NCBI GenBank assembly: GCA_944371605.1
Contig: CALVXU010000009.1
Coordinates: 56,866-120,865, forward strand
Direction of reading: 5' to 3'
From: an uncultured Bacilli bacterium
GTDB taxonomy: Bacteria > Bacillota_I > Bacilli_A > RFN20 > CAG-288
DNA length: 64,000 nucleotides
Below the pieces are notes generated by a model. That model was not told where the DNA came from. It saw nothing but the letters and a program-made list of their open reading frames with translations, and did not search any database. Below, piece by piece: positions 19,568 to 30,600 of this stretch (within the stretch, counting starts at the first letter, position 1; the number at the start of each line of letters is the position of its first letter). The position numbers and the translations under genes are program-made.

Positions 19568-21502
19568 TTATTTTTTCTTCTTTTCCCAACTCATACTGTT
19601 ACCGCTAGTAACGATATAAGCAGGGTCTTTTTCAGCGACTTTTTGAATCGTCATCTCTTCATGATAATCAGCAGAAACAACTTTGATATGATTAGCACCA
19701 TCATGTAAGTCAAGCTTAAATTTGAAGATTTTATCTCCCTTCAAAGTAGCGACTTTCTTATCATCATGATAGAGAGTGACCTCCTTCAAAGTGGAATAAA
19801 CTTTAATCTCAGTTCTCTTTTCATGACGATTGATGTATCTAGTAGAGCAGAGATGCAAGAATGGTTCATCACTCCAATACGCTTTATAAAGATAGAAAGC
19901 ATCTTTCTTAATCTTACGATCAAAAGTGACTAAACCTTTATGATTCTTTCCAGGATCACCGCCTTGATCACGGCCATCAGATCCGAAATCGAACATATTC
20001 CAAACATGAGTCGCCCATAAATATGGATGTTTCTTAAAGCATTCTAAGAGATGTTCATGATAAATGGCTTGATATTCTTCGGTATTATCAAAACGTTTAG
20101 GTTTAGGTGAATGCAAATTAGGCATACCTTCAGCACCATATTCTGAATAGCCTAAGCATCTGTTCGGATAGAGCAAATGGAAGAAAGAAATCCATAAACC
20201 ATTGAGGAAGAAGAATGGTACATACCATCCTAAATAAAGGTTCCAAGAGACCACATCAGTGATATGAGCAGTCTTATTAAAAGGTGTAGCAACAGCATAG
20301 CATGCTAAAGTTGTGAGTCTAGAATGATCCATTTGATGTATCAAATCATTTAATTGATGATTCAAAGCTAACATCTCTTTCTTATGTTTAGGAACCATAG
20401 TGATCTCATTAGAAACACCCCAAACAACAATTGAGGGATGATTATATTGTTGATAAACTAATTCCTTCATTTGAGAGATGGCATTTTCATCACCATTGAC
20501 TAAATGTTGAGAAATATAAGGGATTTCAGCCCAAACAATCATGCCATATTTATCACATAAATCATAGAAGTAATCATCATGTTGATAATGAGCTAAACGG
20601 ATGGTGTTAGCACCTATTTCACGAATCATATCCATATCTTCATCGTGATCCTCTTTAGAGAGAGCGTTACCTTTATGAAGTCTATCTTGATGTCTAGACA
20701 CACCATGTAAAGGATATGATTTACCATTTAAGAAAAAGCCTTTTTTAGGATCGATAGAGAAAGTTCTCACACCAAAATTGGTGCTGATTTCATCTAAAAC
20801 AGTGCCATCTTCAGACAATAGTTTAGCGACTGCCTTATAAAGATAAGGATCCTTTAATCCGTTCCATAAATGAACTTTCGAGATAGTTAATTCTTTATCA
20901 TTTTCACCTTCGATAACTGTCTCACCCTTATCATCTAAAATGCTGATAACAACTTTTTTCTCGCTCTTAGTATAGGCAGTGACTGTGACCAAGGCATCTT
21001 CGCCATTCACTTTGGTATCAACTTTGATTCCTTTAGCGCCAAAGAAGTCTAAATCGAAATGCTCTTTATTTACACGAATCAAATTGACATCTCTATAAAT
21101 ACCACCATAAAAAGTAAAATCAGCTTTTTGTGGATATACATAATCATTGACACTATTATCAACTAAAACTTTTAAAATATTTTCCTCACCGATTTTAAAA
21201 GCATCAGTCAAATCGCAACGAAAAGTAGAATAGCCGCCATCATGTTTTCCGACTAGAGTTCCATTCAAATAAACTTCCGCAGAAGAATTGACTCCCTTAA
21301 ACTCCGCATACAAAACTTCATCATCTGCTAACTCAGGGCAAGTGAATTTATGTTGATAAACAGCTTGACCACGATAATAATCACCGCCTCCATCTTGACC
21401 ATCTTCATTGTTCCAAGTATGAGGTAAATCAATATGGAACAGTTCTTTCGTTTTCGGATCCTCAAATGTCCAATCACGATTGATGTTAGTTATTGTTCTC
21501 AT
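19568..21502 (-). CDS. GH2 glycoside hydrolase, likely cytoplasmic beta-glucuronidase
   Basis: LHGVSRHQD, IRLAHYQH, WGVSNEI acid/base, SEYGAEG nucleophile, KNHKG (NxKG); start at 21502 behind AAGGAG; no signal peptide. Confidence 0.88.
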   Translation of the reverse strand: MRTITNINRDWTFEDPKTKELFHIDLPHTWNNEDGQDGGGDYYRGQAVYQHKFTCPELADDEVLYAEFKGVNSSAEVYLNGTLVGKHDGGYSTFRCDLTDAFKIGEENILKVLVDNSVNDYVYPQKADFTFYGGIYRDVNLIRVNKEHFDLDFFGAKGIKVDTKVNGEDALVTVTAYTKSEKKVVISILDDKGETVIEGENDKELTISKVHLWNGLKDPYLYKAVAKLLSEDGTVLDEISTNFGVRTFSIDPKKGFFLNGKSYPLHGVSRHQDRLHKGNALSKEDHDEDMDMIREIGANTIRLAHYQHDDYFYDLCDKYGMIVWAEIPYISQHLVNGDENAISQMKELVYQQYNHPSIVVWGVSNEITMVPKHKKEMLALNHQLNDLIHQMDHSRLTTLACYAVATPFNKTAHITDVVSWNLYLGWYVPFFFLNGLWISFFHLLYPNRCLGYSEYGAEGMPNLHSPKPKRFDNTEEYQAIYHEHLLECFKKHPYLWATHVWNMFDFGSDGRDQGGDPGKNHKGLVTFDRKIKKDAFYLYKAYWSDEPFLHLCSTRYINRHEKRTEIKVYSTLKEVTLYHDDKKVATLKGDKIFKFKLDLHDGANHIKVVSADYHEEMTIQKVAEKDPAYIVTSGNSMSWEKKKK

Positions 21503-21544
21503 GTAGTTGATACTCCTTAATAACATTTTAAGGATATAACGAAA

Positions 21545-21558
21545 TGTAAGCGATTGCA
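21545..21558. promoter_or_regulatory. cre-like (CcpA/LacI) site upstream of GH2
   Basis: TGTAAGCGATTGCA versus TGWNANCGNTNWCA, one mismatch. Confidence 0.55.
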
Positions 21559-21581
21559 ATAAAAGCTTAATTCTTTTGCGT
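21554..21581 (-). promoter_or_regulatory. candidate activator site, GH2 promoter
   Basis: ACGCAA-N16-TTGCAA, 23 nt before TAAAAT. Confidence 0.5.
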
Positions 21582-21584
21582 TTT

Positions 21585-22374
21585 TTATCTATTTTTTAAC
21601 TTATTCTTTTTTGAAAGACCGATAATCTTTCTGTAGTCCCTGTAAAAAGTCGAGTAATTTTCAAAGCCTAATTGTTCAGCTACTAGTGTCTTTTTCATCC
21701 CGTTCATAATCATGCGATGAGCGATAATAATCTTTTTTGAACGCACATATTGCATGATAGGTGTATTCATATATTTTTTGAAACAATTCGATAGATATGA
21801 TTTAGAAAAATAAAAATGCTCACATAAAGATTCCAAAGTGATATTTTCATTGAGATGTTTATCAATATAGTCGATGACTTTTTTGATGATATCGTTCTGC
21901 CTAGTCGTCGTGAAAGACTTCTGTCCTTCTTTGGATAGATAAATCAAAAACTTTATCAACTCCCCTATAAAAAGAGCATATATCTCTTCCTCACTTTTAA
22001 ACTGGCTATAAAAATCATCTAAAGTAGAAAAATCTAAATGATATTTCATCATATCAGAATAAAAAGAAGAGCAGTTCTTGATGAAATCGACTAAAAATCC
22101 AGGCAAAATTTTATCTGGAAATTTTAAAACATATCTCTCATAAGGCTGGCTTAAATTGCAAACAGCAAAATGGAATTTTCCGCTAGGAACAATGATGACA
22201 TCCCCTGGAGATAGCTTACGACTCTCCGATTCAACATGATAATCCACATCACCAGACACAAAAAAAAATGACTTCATTAAAATAATGCATGTGACGTTCA
22301 AAATTTTCGCTAGGTGTCGTGCTGTTATCTAGTTTATGAGCAAAATCAATACTTTTATAATTGAAATTAAACAT
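21585..22374 (-). pseudogene. AraC-family regulator split by a +1 frameshift in a T9 run
   Basis: Cupin N-terminus MFNF...RHMHYFNEVIFF joins VSGDVDYHVE if one T of the run at 22260-22268 is removed (262 aa); C-terminal double HTH intact. Confidence 0.85.
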
Positions 22375-22418
22375 ATATAGTATAATAACAAAGATAGTAT
22401 AAAGAGATTCTGGTTGAA

Positions 22419-22474
22419 TTGCAACCAAAACAAGAAAAAATTGCAATTTAATTGGATAGCATATCATTTATAAT
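22419..22474 (+). promoter_or_regulatory. uxuA promoter with candidate activator site
   Basis: TTGCAA-N16-TTGCAA, then 22 nt, then TATAAT (22469-74); no consensus -35. Confidence 0.6.
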
Positions 22475-22510
22475 GATAGCTAATATCTCTAAATATAGAA
22501 AGGAGAATGT

Positions 22511-23563
22511 ATGAAACTTACGTTTCGCTGGTATGGTGAGACAGACAGCATACCATTAGACTACATCCGTGAAATTCCTGGAATCACTGGTGTTGTCACC
22601 GCTCTTTATGATGCTAAACCCGGTCAACTATGGAAAGAAGAATCATTAAAGAGACAAAAAGAACTATGTGCCGCTAAAGGATTAGAGATGGAAGTCATCG
22701 AATCCATCCCTGTTTCTGAAGACATCAAATTAGGCAAACCTAATCGTGATGAATTAATAGCTAATTACGCAAAAAATATCGAATTAGTCGCCAAATATGG
22801 TGTTAAATGCGTATGTTATAATTTCATGCCTGTTTTCGATTGGCTAAGAACAACTATGCATTATGTCAATCCAGATGGTTCTAATTCTCTCGCTTATATC
22901 TATGAAGACTTCTTAAAAGTCGACCCTAAACACTTGCATCTACCTGGTTGGGATGAGAGCTATACCGAAGATGAATTGCAAGCTTTGCTAGCAGAATACA
23001 AAAATATTTCTCATCAACAATTGTTTGAAAATCTCGTTTATTTCTTAGAAAGAATCATCCCTGTTTGTGAAAGATGTGATGTTAATATGGCTATCCATCC
23101 AGATGATCCGCCGTGGGATGTCTTCTCACTTCCTCGCATCATCTCTAATGAAGAAGATTTAGATAAACTCTTCAAAGCTGTACCTAGCACGCGTAATGGT
23201 CTGACTCTCTGCACAGGTTCCTTCGGAGCTTCTAGAAATAATGACTTAGTCCATATGGCTGCTAAATATGCTAAAGAAGGACGTATCCACTTCGCACATT
23301 TAAGAAATGTCAAGTACTTAGGTGATCATGATTCATTTGTCGAAGCTGGTCATCTCAGTAAGATGGGCTCCTTAAATATTGCTAAAATCGTTGAAGCTTT
23401 AGTTGAAAACGGATTTGATGGTTATGTCAGACCAGATCACGGAAGAAATATCTTCGGTGAAGATGCTAAACCTGGATACGGATTATATGATCGTGCTTTA
23501 GGAGCATGTTATATCAATGGTTTATTTGAAATGATCGAATATAAAAAAGGAGAAAATAAATAA
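22511..23563 (+). CDS. uxuA: mannonate dehydratase
   Basis: TFRWYG, VIESIPVSEDIK, CYNFMPVFDW, AIHPDDPP, RPDHGR, PGYGLYDRALG. Confidence 0.97.
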   Translation: MKLTFRWYGETDSIPLDYIREIPGITGVVTALYDAKPGQLWKEESLKRQKELCAAKGLEMEVIESIPVSEDIKLGKPNRDELIANYAKNIELVAKYGVKCVCYNFMPVFDWLRTTMHYVNPDGSNSLAYIYEDFLKVDPKHLHLPGWDESYTEDELQALLAEYKNISHQQLFENLVYFLERIIPVCERCDVNMAIHPDDPPWDVFSLPRIISNEEDLDKLFKAVPSTRNGLTLCTGSFGASRNNDLVHMAAKYAKEGRIHFAHLRNVKYLGDHDSFVEAGHLSKMGSLNIAKIVEALVENGFDGYVRPDHGRNIFGEDAKPGYGLYDRALGACYINGLFEMIEYKKGENK

Positions 23564-24423
23564 TGAAGTTTGAAGATTTACCTATCGGTGTTAAACTCAC
23601 TGACAAAGTTGTCGCTATCACTGGTGCTGGCGGTGTTATCTGCGGCGCTTTGAGCAAAGCTATCGCTGCTGCCGGTGCCAAGGTTGCTGTTCTTGATTTA
23701 AAGCTTGAATCTGCGATGAAAGTCGTCGAAGAGATTCGTGCAGATGGCGGAATCGCTTATGGCTATGCTGCTAATGTTTTAGAGTTAGAGAGCTTAAAGA
23801 AAGCCCATGATGATATCAATAAAGATTTAGGCAAAGTTGATATCCTCATCAATGGTGCTGGCGGTAATAATCCTCGTGCTAATACTGATAAAGAGTATTA
23901 TGAAGTCGGAGATATCGATGATCCGGAATTAAAAACCTTCTTCAACCTTGATTCAAGCGGTGTCTCTTTCGTTTTCAATTTAAATTTCTTAGGTACACTT
24001 TTGCCTAGCCAAGTCTTCGCCAAAGATATGTTAGGAAGAGAAGGCTGCTCTATCCTGAACATTTCTTCGATGAACGCTTTCACTCCTTTAACCAAAATCC
24101 CGGCATATTCTGGTGCTAAAGCTGCCGTCAGTAACTTTACTAAATGGTTAGCTGTTCACTTTTCTAAAGTCAATATCCGTGTCAACGCTATCGCACCTGG
24201 ATTCTTAGCCACCGCTCAAAACAAGAGCTTGTTATTCAATCCAGATGGTACTCCAACAGCTCGTACTGGCAAGATTATCAACGCTACACCTATGGGCAGA
24301 TTCGGTGAACCAGATGAACTCATCGGTGCTACACTCTTCTTGATTTCTGACAAAGCTAGTTCCTTCATCACCGGTGTCGTTCTACCTATCGATGGTGGCT
24401 TCTCTAGCTACTCTGGAGTTTAA
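23563..24423 (+). CDS. uxuB: SDR-family D-mannonate oxidoreductase (fructuronate reductase)
   Basis: ITGAGG, NGAGGN, NISSM, YSGAK, IAPGF; between uxuA and uxaC. Confidence 0.85.
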   Translation: MKFEDLPIGVKLTDKVVAITGAGGVICGALSKAIAAAGAKVAVLDLKLESAMKVVEEIRADGGIAYGYAANVLELESLKKAHDDINKDLGKVDILINGAGGNNPRANTDKEYYEVGDIDDPELKTFFNLDSSGVSFVFNLNFLGTLLPSQVFAKDMLGREGCSILNISSMNAFTPLTKIPAYSGAKAAVSNFTKWLAVHFSKVNIRVNAIAPGFLATAQNKSLLFNPDGTPTARTGKIINATPMGRFGEPDELIGATLFLISDKASSFITGVVLPIDGGFSSYSGV

Positions 24424-24431
24424 TCAATAAA

Positions 24432-25853
24432 ATGAAAAGCTTTAATGATAAAGACTTCATGCTCCAAAATGAAGTCGGACAAAAACTTTATCATGAAGTG
24501 GCTGAATCTCTTCCGATTTTTGATTTCCACTGTCATCTTCCTATCGAAGAGATTTATTCTGATAGAACCTATGATTCCATCACCGATTTATGGCTAGTAG
24601 AAAAGAAAAATGGCAAAGCGTTCGGTGACCATTATAAATGGCGCTTGATGCGTGCAAATGGTGTTGATGAAGCTTACATCACCGGTGATAAAGATAAAAA
24701 AGAAAAATTTGTAAAATGGGCAGATACTTTGCAAAACGCTTTCTTAAATCCTCTCTATCATTGGTCACATTTAGAGCTGAAGCAATACTTCGATATCGAT
24801 GAGCCTTTGACTAGTGACAACGCTGAAAAAATCTACGATTTATTAAATGAAAAACTAAAATCTCTTTCAGTTAGAAAGCTCTTAGTAAAAGCGAATGTTC
24901 ACACCTTATACACCACTGATGATCCTCTTTCTGATTTGCATTATCATCAATTATTAAGACAAGATAAGTCTTTCAAAGTAGTCGTCAATCCTGCCTTTAG
25001 AGCAGATAATTTCATCAAGATTTATGCTCCTAACTTCTCAGAAGTCATCACAGCCTTAGGAAAAGTCACTAATAAAGAGATCACAAGTATCAAAGACTTA
25101 GAAGATGCTTTAGATGAAAGATTAGCTTATTTTGCTGAAAATGGTTGTCTTGCTTTCGATGTTTCATTCGAAGACTTCCTCTATCAAAAAGCTGATATCG
25201 ATGAAGTTGATCATATCTTCAAAAATGCTTTGAACCATGAAACATTGACCAAAAGCGATTTAGCTAAATATTATGCTGAAATCTTGCACTTCTTCGGAAA
25301 AGCATGTGCCAAATATCACTTCGTCATGCAGTATCATCTCAAAGCTTTGAGAAATCTCAATTCCCGTGCCTTTGAAACTTTAGGAGCCGACTCTGGTTAT
25401 GACGCTATCTCTGACACAGACCTCATCCATGATTTGACTCATTGCTTAGACGATCTAGAAAAAGAAAACTCTTTATATAAGACTATCATCTATACACTTG
25501 ACCCATCAGATTATGAACCATTGTTAGCGATGTGTGGTTCTTTCCAAAAGGCGCCTTATAGAGGCAAGATTCAATTCGGTGCAGCTTGGTGGTTCAACGA
25601 TCACCGCGATGGCATGGAAAAACAAATGAGAGCTTTAGCAAATTATAGTTTATTGCCTCACTTTGTCGGTATGTTAACTGATTCTAGAAGCTTCTTGAGT
25701 TATGCTAGACACGATTACTTTAGGCGTCTATTATGTAATTTGATCGGCAAGACTGTTGAAGATGGTGAATATCCTTTAAATGAGGAATTCTTAAAGAAAA
25801 TGGTCAAGAAGATCAGTTTTGATAACGCTGTCGAATTCTTTACAAAAGATTAA
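24432..25853 (+). CDS. uxaC: uronate isomerase
   Basis: DFHCHL, DHYKWRLMRANG, NPLYHWSHLEL, GAAWWFND, GMLTDSRSFLSY. Confidence 0.97.
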   Translation: MKSFNDKDFMLQNEVGQKLYHEVAESLPIFDFHCHLPIEEIYSDRTYDSITDLWLVEKKNGKAFGDHYKWRLMRANGVDEAYITGDKDKKEKFVKWADTLQNAFLNPLYHWSHLELKQYFDIDEPLTSDNAEKIYDLLNEKLKSLSVRKLLVKANVHTLYTTDDPLSDLHYHQLLRQDKSFKVVVNPAFRADNFIKIYAPNFSEVITALGKVTNKEITSIKDLEDALDERLAYFAENGCLAFDVSFEDFLYQKADIDEVDHIFKNALNHETLTKSDLAKYYAEILHFFGKACAKYHFVMQYHLKALRNLNSRAFETLGADSGYDAISDTDLIHDLTHCLDDLEKENSLYKTIIYTLDPSDYEPLLAMCGSFQKAPYRGKIQFGAAWWFNDHRDGMEKQMRALANYSLLPHFVGMLTDSRSFLSYARHDYFRRLLCNLIGKTVEDGEYPLNEEFLKKMVKKISFDNAVEFFTKD

Positions 25854-25873
25854 TATAGAAGGTTACTAAATAT

Positions 25874-26476
25874 ATGGATATCATTGAAAAAATTCACGAA
25901 TTAAAAGTTGTTCCTGTTGTCGTTTTAAATTCTGTCGATGAAGTTGAAGATAAAATCGGTGGTTTAGTCGAAGGAAAATTACCTGTTGCTGAAATCACTT
26001 TCCGCACTGCTTGTGCTGCTGAAGCTATCAAAAAATCAATCGAATTATATCCCGATGCCCTCATCGGTGCTGGCACTGTCATCAACGCTAAACAATGTGA
26101 AGCAGCCATCAAAGCCGGCGCTAAATTCATCGTTTCTCCAGGTTTTGCTGATGATGTCGATTTGGTTTGTAAAGCTCATGACATTCCTTATCTTCCTGGT
26201 ATTGCTACCCCTACTGAAATCATTCACGCTATCAGTTTAGGTCATAAGATCATCAAGTTCTTCCCAGCTAGCATCTATGGCGGATTAAAAGCTATCAAGA
26301 GTTTAGCTGCTGTTTTCCCGGATGTAAAATTCTTGCCGACTGGTGGTATCAATGAGGATACTTATCTCGAGTACTTAGCATTCGATAAAATCATCGCTGT
26401 CGGTGGTTCCTGGATGACTAAAGGTAGCCATGAAGAAATCGTCGCTAAATGCTTGCAGATTCATGAAGGTAAATAA
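25874..26476 (+). CDS. eda: KDPG/KHG aldolase
   Basis: AEITFRT, IGAGTV, FIVSPG, KFFPA, PTGGI. Confidence 0.95.
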   Translation: MDIIEKIHELKVVPVVVLNSVDEVEDKIGGLVEGKLPVAEITFRTACAAEAIKKSIELYPDALIGAGTVINAKQCEAAIKAGAKFIVSPGFADDVDLVCKAHDIPYLPGIATPTEIIHAISLGHKIIKFFPASIYGGLKAIKSLAAVFPDVKFLPTGGINEDTYLEYLAFDKIIAVGGSWMTKGSHEEIVAKCLQIHEGK

Positions 26477-26504
26477 TATTTTTTAAGAAAAAGAGGTATA
26501 TATT

Positions 26505-27530
26505 ATGGCTAAAATTGTCACTATGGGTGAAATCATGCTTCGTCTTTCCACTCATGGATTCTTACGTTTTGTTCAATCTGATAGTTTCGACGCTTGCTAC
26601 GGTGGTGGTGAAGCTAACGTCGCGTTATCTTTATCCAACTATGGTCATAAAACTTATTTTGTCACTAAGCTTCCTAAGAATGATATCGGTCAAAGCGCCA
26701 TCAACTCTTTACGCGAGTTTGGTGTCAATACCGACTATATCGTCAGAGGTGGTGACAGAATCGGTATCTATTATTTAGAGACTGGTGATGCTATGCGTCC
26801 TTCAAAAGTCATCTATGATCGTTCTAATTCTGCTATCGCTTTAGCTGAAGCTGATGAATTCGATTTCGATAAAATCTTTGAAGGCAAAGATTGGTTCCAT
26901 TTCACTGGCATCACTCCAGCTATCTCTGAGAAAGCTGAAAAATTAACTGTCTTAGCTTGCCAAGCTGCTAAAAAGCATGGCTTGACAGTTTCTTGCGATT
27001 TAAACTTCCGTAAAAAATTGTGGACTAGTGAAAAAGCTATCCAAGTCATGACATCTTTAATGCCATATGTCGATGTCTTGATCGGTAATGAAGAAGATTG
27101 TGAGAAATGCTTAGGCTTTAAAGCTGAGAAGAGCGATGTCACTAAAGGTCAACTCAATCTTAGCGGCTATCAAGATGTGTTTATGAAACTCAAAGAAAAA
27201 TTTGGTTTCAAATATATGGCTACTTCTCTAAGAGAATCTTACTCTGCTTCTGATAACGGTTGGTCAGCTCTCATCTATGATGGAAAAGAATTCTATCACT
27301 CTCGTGAGTACCAAATCCGTCTTGTCGATCGCGTCGGTGGAGGCGATTCTTTCGCAGGTGGTCTCATCCATGGTTTGTTAGCCTACAATGGCGACGAAAA
27401 GAAAGCCTTGGAATTTGCGGTTGCAGCTTCTGCTTTAAAACAAACTATCCCTGGCGATGTCAATCACGTCAGCACTGAAGAAGTTGAAACATTGATGAAT
27501 GGTGATGCTTCTGGAAGAGTCCAAAGATAA
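26505..27530 (+). CDS. kdgK: 2-keto-3-deoxygluconate kinase (PfkB family)
   Basis: GEIMLRLS, GGGEANVA, DLNFRKKLW, DRVGGGDSFAGG. Confidence 0.95.
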   Translation: MAKIVTMGEIMLRLSTHGFLRFVQSDSFDACYGGGEANVALSLSNYGHKTYFVTKLPKNDIGQSAINSLREFGVNTDYIVRGGDRIGIYYLETGDAMRPSKVIYDRSNSAIALAEADEFDFDKIFEGKDWFHFTGITPAISEKAEKLTVLACQAAKKHGLTVSCDLNFRKKLWTSEKAIQVMTSLMPYVDVLIGNEEDCEKCLGFKAEKSDVTKGQLNLSGYQDVFMKLKEKFGFKYMATSLRESYSASDNGWSALIYDGKEFYHSREYQIRLVDRVGGGDSFAGGLIHGLLAYNGDEKKALEFAVAASALKQTIPGDVNHVSTEEVETLMNGDASGRVQR

Positions 27531-27561
27531 TAGATTCTTCAGTTCCGATACTCTCCTTTTT

Positions 27562-27600
27562 AAACCGGATGGCTTTTCTCCAGTTATCCGGTTTTTTCTT
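27562..27600. terminator. bidirectional terminator between kdgK and lipoprotein gene
   Basis: AAACCGGAT-N15-ATCCGGTTT followed by T-tract. Confidence 0.75.
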
Positions 27601-27659
27601 TATAAAAAAACTATAACTTTTCAGTTATAGTTCATAATTACGATCAAAAGATAAATTGG

Positions 27660-30600
27660 TTAATTGGCCGGTGCTGGATCGATAGCTAGTGAAGAAATAG
27701 TCACTACTGAACCAGCATCAGGAAAGATTCCTAAGCGTTGACCATATCCGTTGTTAGCGAGATATTTATCAAAACTCAAAACAAAGTCATCGCTCATAGT
27801 GAAAGAATAGGAACTGCCAGAATAATCACCACTTTTATCGAATTCAACAACTGCATCATTGACGAGCAACTGTAAGGTTAATGTGTCCGCATCTACTCTA
27901 GTCACTTTTAAAGAGACTTGGTTGACTTGATTGAATTTAAACGCATCAGTATTAGCAGTGAAAGTATAGTTATGACCATTATGATGACAAGTTAAAGTGA
28001 TTTTATTATCTTCAAAGTGATAACCAAATCCGAAGCCACCAGTCGTACTAGGGGTCACCCACGAGTTATTAGCGATAGCAGTCATCTCGAAAGCACCAGT
28101 CGATTCGATGCCTAATGAGAAGGTATAGGTTCTGCCATAATAATCAGTGTAACCATTCCATTTATTATCAGCATCTTTGTCACCAAAATGGCATCCATCA
28201 TCCTTAAAGTAGAAGAAATCGGTTCTGCTAGGAGTCGCATTTGTAAAACTTAAATTATGATCTTCATCGATGATAGAATCATCACGAGCGATTTGATCTT
28301 GAGTAGTCCCATACCAGTTAGCTGGATCGAAGAAATCTTTTCCATTATAAAGATTATAATGTTTTTCTACAGGCTCTGGATCAGGTTCAGTGATTTGCTC
28401 AGGTTCAGGATCAATGGCGAGAGAAGAAATCTTGAAAGTGGTGTCATCCGAAGGATAAACACCAAAGCGAGGACCATATCCGCTACCCTTGACGTAATTA
28501 GATGTATAAGTGCCATTTTCATCAACAGAATAGGTTCCACGACTTCCTTGTGTCCAATCGTCACCTTCGAATTTAACCTGTTTATCGTTCACAAAGACTT
28601 GAAGAGTCAAGGTGTTGATATCAACACGATTGACTTTAAATGATAACTTGTTAGTCTCGTTTAATTTAAAACCAGTATCAGCACAGGTGAAATGATCTTT
28701 GAAATCATTGTTAGACATAGGTGCTGATTGATCTAAAGACATACTACCATCAGATTTGATATGCAAATATAGTGAGGCGGAACTCGTATTTGTAGGACCA
28801 TTAGCACCAGAAGTACCAAAGATCATCAAATTGACTTCACCATCAGTTTCAACATCCATATCAAATGAATAGGTTTGATTGTAAATCGGTTCAAAAATGG
28901 CTTGTTGATCTTTGCTGGTTCCATCGATATTATTACTATTTTCGGCAAAATTAGCATGATTAGGACCATAGAATAAATCGAATCTACTAGCAGTGCTAGA
29001 AGTGAATGAGAGTTTGAAATCACTATCGATGATAGAGTCATCTCTAGCTCCTTCACCATTAGCATCCCAATTAGCAGGATCAAAGAAATCTTCTTCTAAA
29101 TAGGTGTAATAATGTTTCTCAGTCGGAGCACTGACAGTGACAACACAGGTATCTTCAAACAAGCCATCATTTGTTTTAACTGTGATAGTTGTTTGACCTT
29201 CAGTTAAAGGAGTCACTAAACCAGTGTCAGAAACACTAGCTACTTCAGGCGCACTGCTGGACCAAGTCAAAGTTTTATTAGAAGCATTATCAGGAGTGAT
29301 AGTAGCAACTAATTGACTTGCATCATCGCCAGCGGTTAATTCTAAAGTCTCCTTATCTAATTCAACTCCGGTTACCGGAATAACCATATCTAAGACCTCA
29401 ACATCACAAGTGGCTGTTAATCCACCACAAGTAGCAGTGATCTTCGCAGTCCCAATAGTTTTAGCTGTCAATTTACCATTGTCATCAACATCAACAATTT
29501 CAGGATGATCACTTGACCAAGTGACAGTTTTATCTGTAGCAATATCAGGTAAAACAGTAGCGACTAAAGTTTCTTCATCACCGACTTGCATTGCCAAATA
29601 AGTCTTATTTAATGTCAAATCAGTGACTTTGATATCTTTCTCGTTTTCAACTAAATCAGTTTCACCAAAATAGAGCAATGAAGAAGTGACTTTACCTGTC
29701 TTTTCAGCTTCAGGAAGAGTGATGACATGAAGATTGCTTAAAGTATAAGTAGCATCCCCACCGCCGATAAAGATTTGTATCATCTGTTCTTGTTTATCGA
29801 CCATGTCTGGTGAAGGGCTGGTGTTAGTTGTTTCCATCTTATAGATGAAACGATATGTAGTATTACCCTTTAAAATTCTGTTAGGATTCTTCTCAACGCT
29901 GCCTTTATTTCCACTATCAGCACCTAAGAGATTAGACTGATCATATTCACCTAAAGTATCAGTTTTAACATTGCCATCATAATCAGCGATCATAGCTCCT
30001 AATCTATCCACAAGCATATCACGATCGATTGTGATTTCAAATGTCAAATAGAATTGACCAGTATAAGCAGTTTGACCATCACCAACAACAAATCTAGTAA
30101 AGGAGCATTGATTAGCTGTTCCTTTTGAAAGGGTGATATCAACTGCTTCACCATCTCTATATGTGACTTGACAACCATCTTTAGAACTTCTTTGAGTGTG
30201 GAAAGTCATTTTGGTATCATGAATCGATTCAATCATCGCGATTTTATCATCGCCAGTATCGCAATATCCATCACCAGAAGTAGCAGTCAATGGCACGAGA
30301 TTTGTAGAGTCAAACACTTGAGAATCGTATCTATAAGTTCCACAGCCATTCTCGCAGACACCATAAGTATTAAAATTATGTTCACCAGATGCTGGGATGA
30401 TCAAATCACTTTCTTGAACTTCAACACCATCAATAAAATATTTATGACAGACCGAACATTGATCATAAGCTTTTTTACCAGGTATACAAGTCGAAGCTAC
30501 TTCATCATGATGAACTAACTCATGTTCCGCAGTTTCTTTAGGAATGACTAAAGCTTCCTGATAATTTTCTTCAGTATAGTTTTCACCATCGATAACATAA

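Noticed and set aside
22249-22467. 72-aa ORF as an independent gene
   Set aside because: Its second half is the true AraC N-terminus upstream of the T9 frameshift; its first half is promoter DNA.
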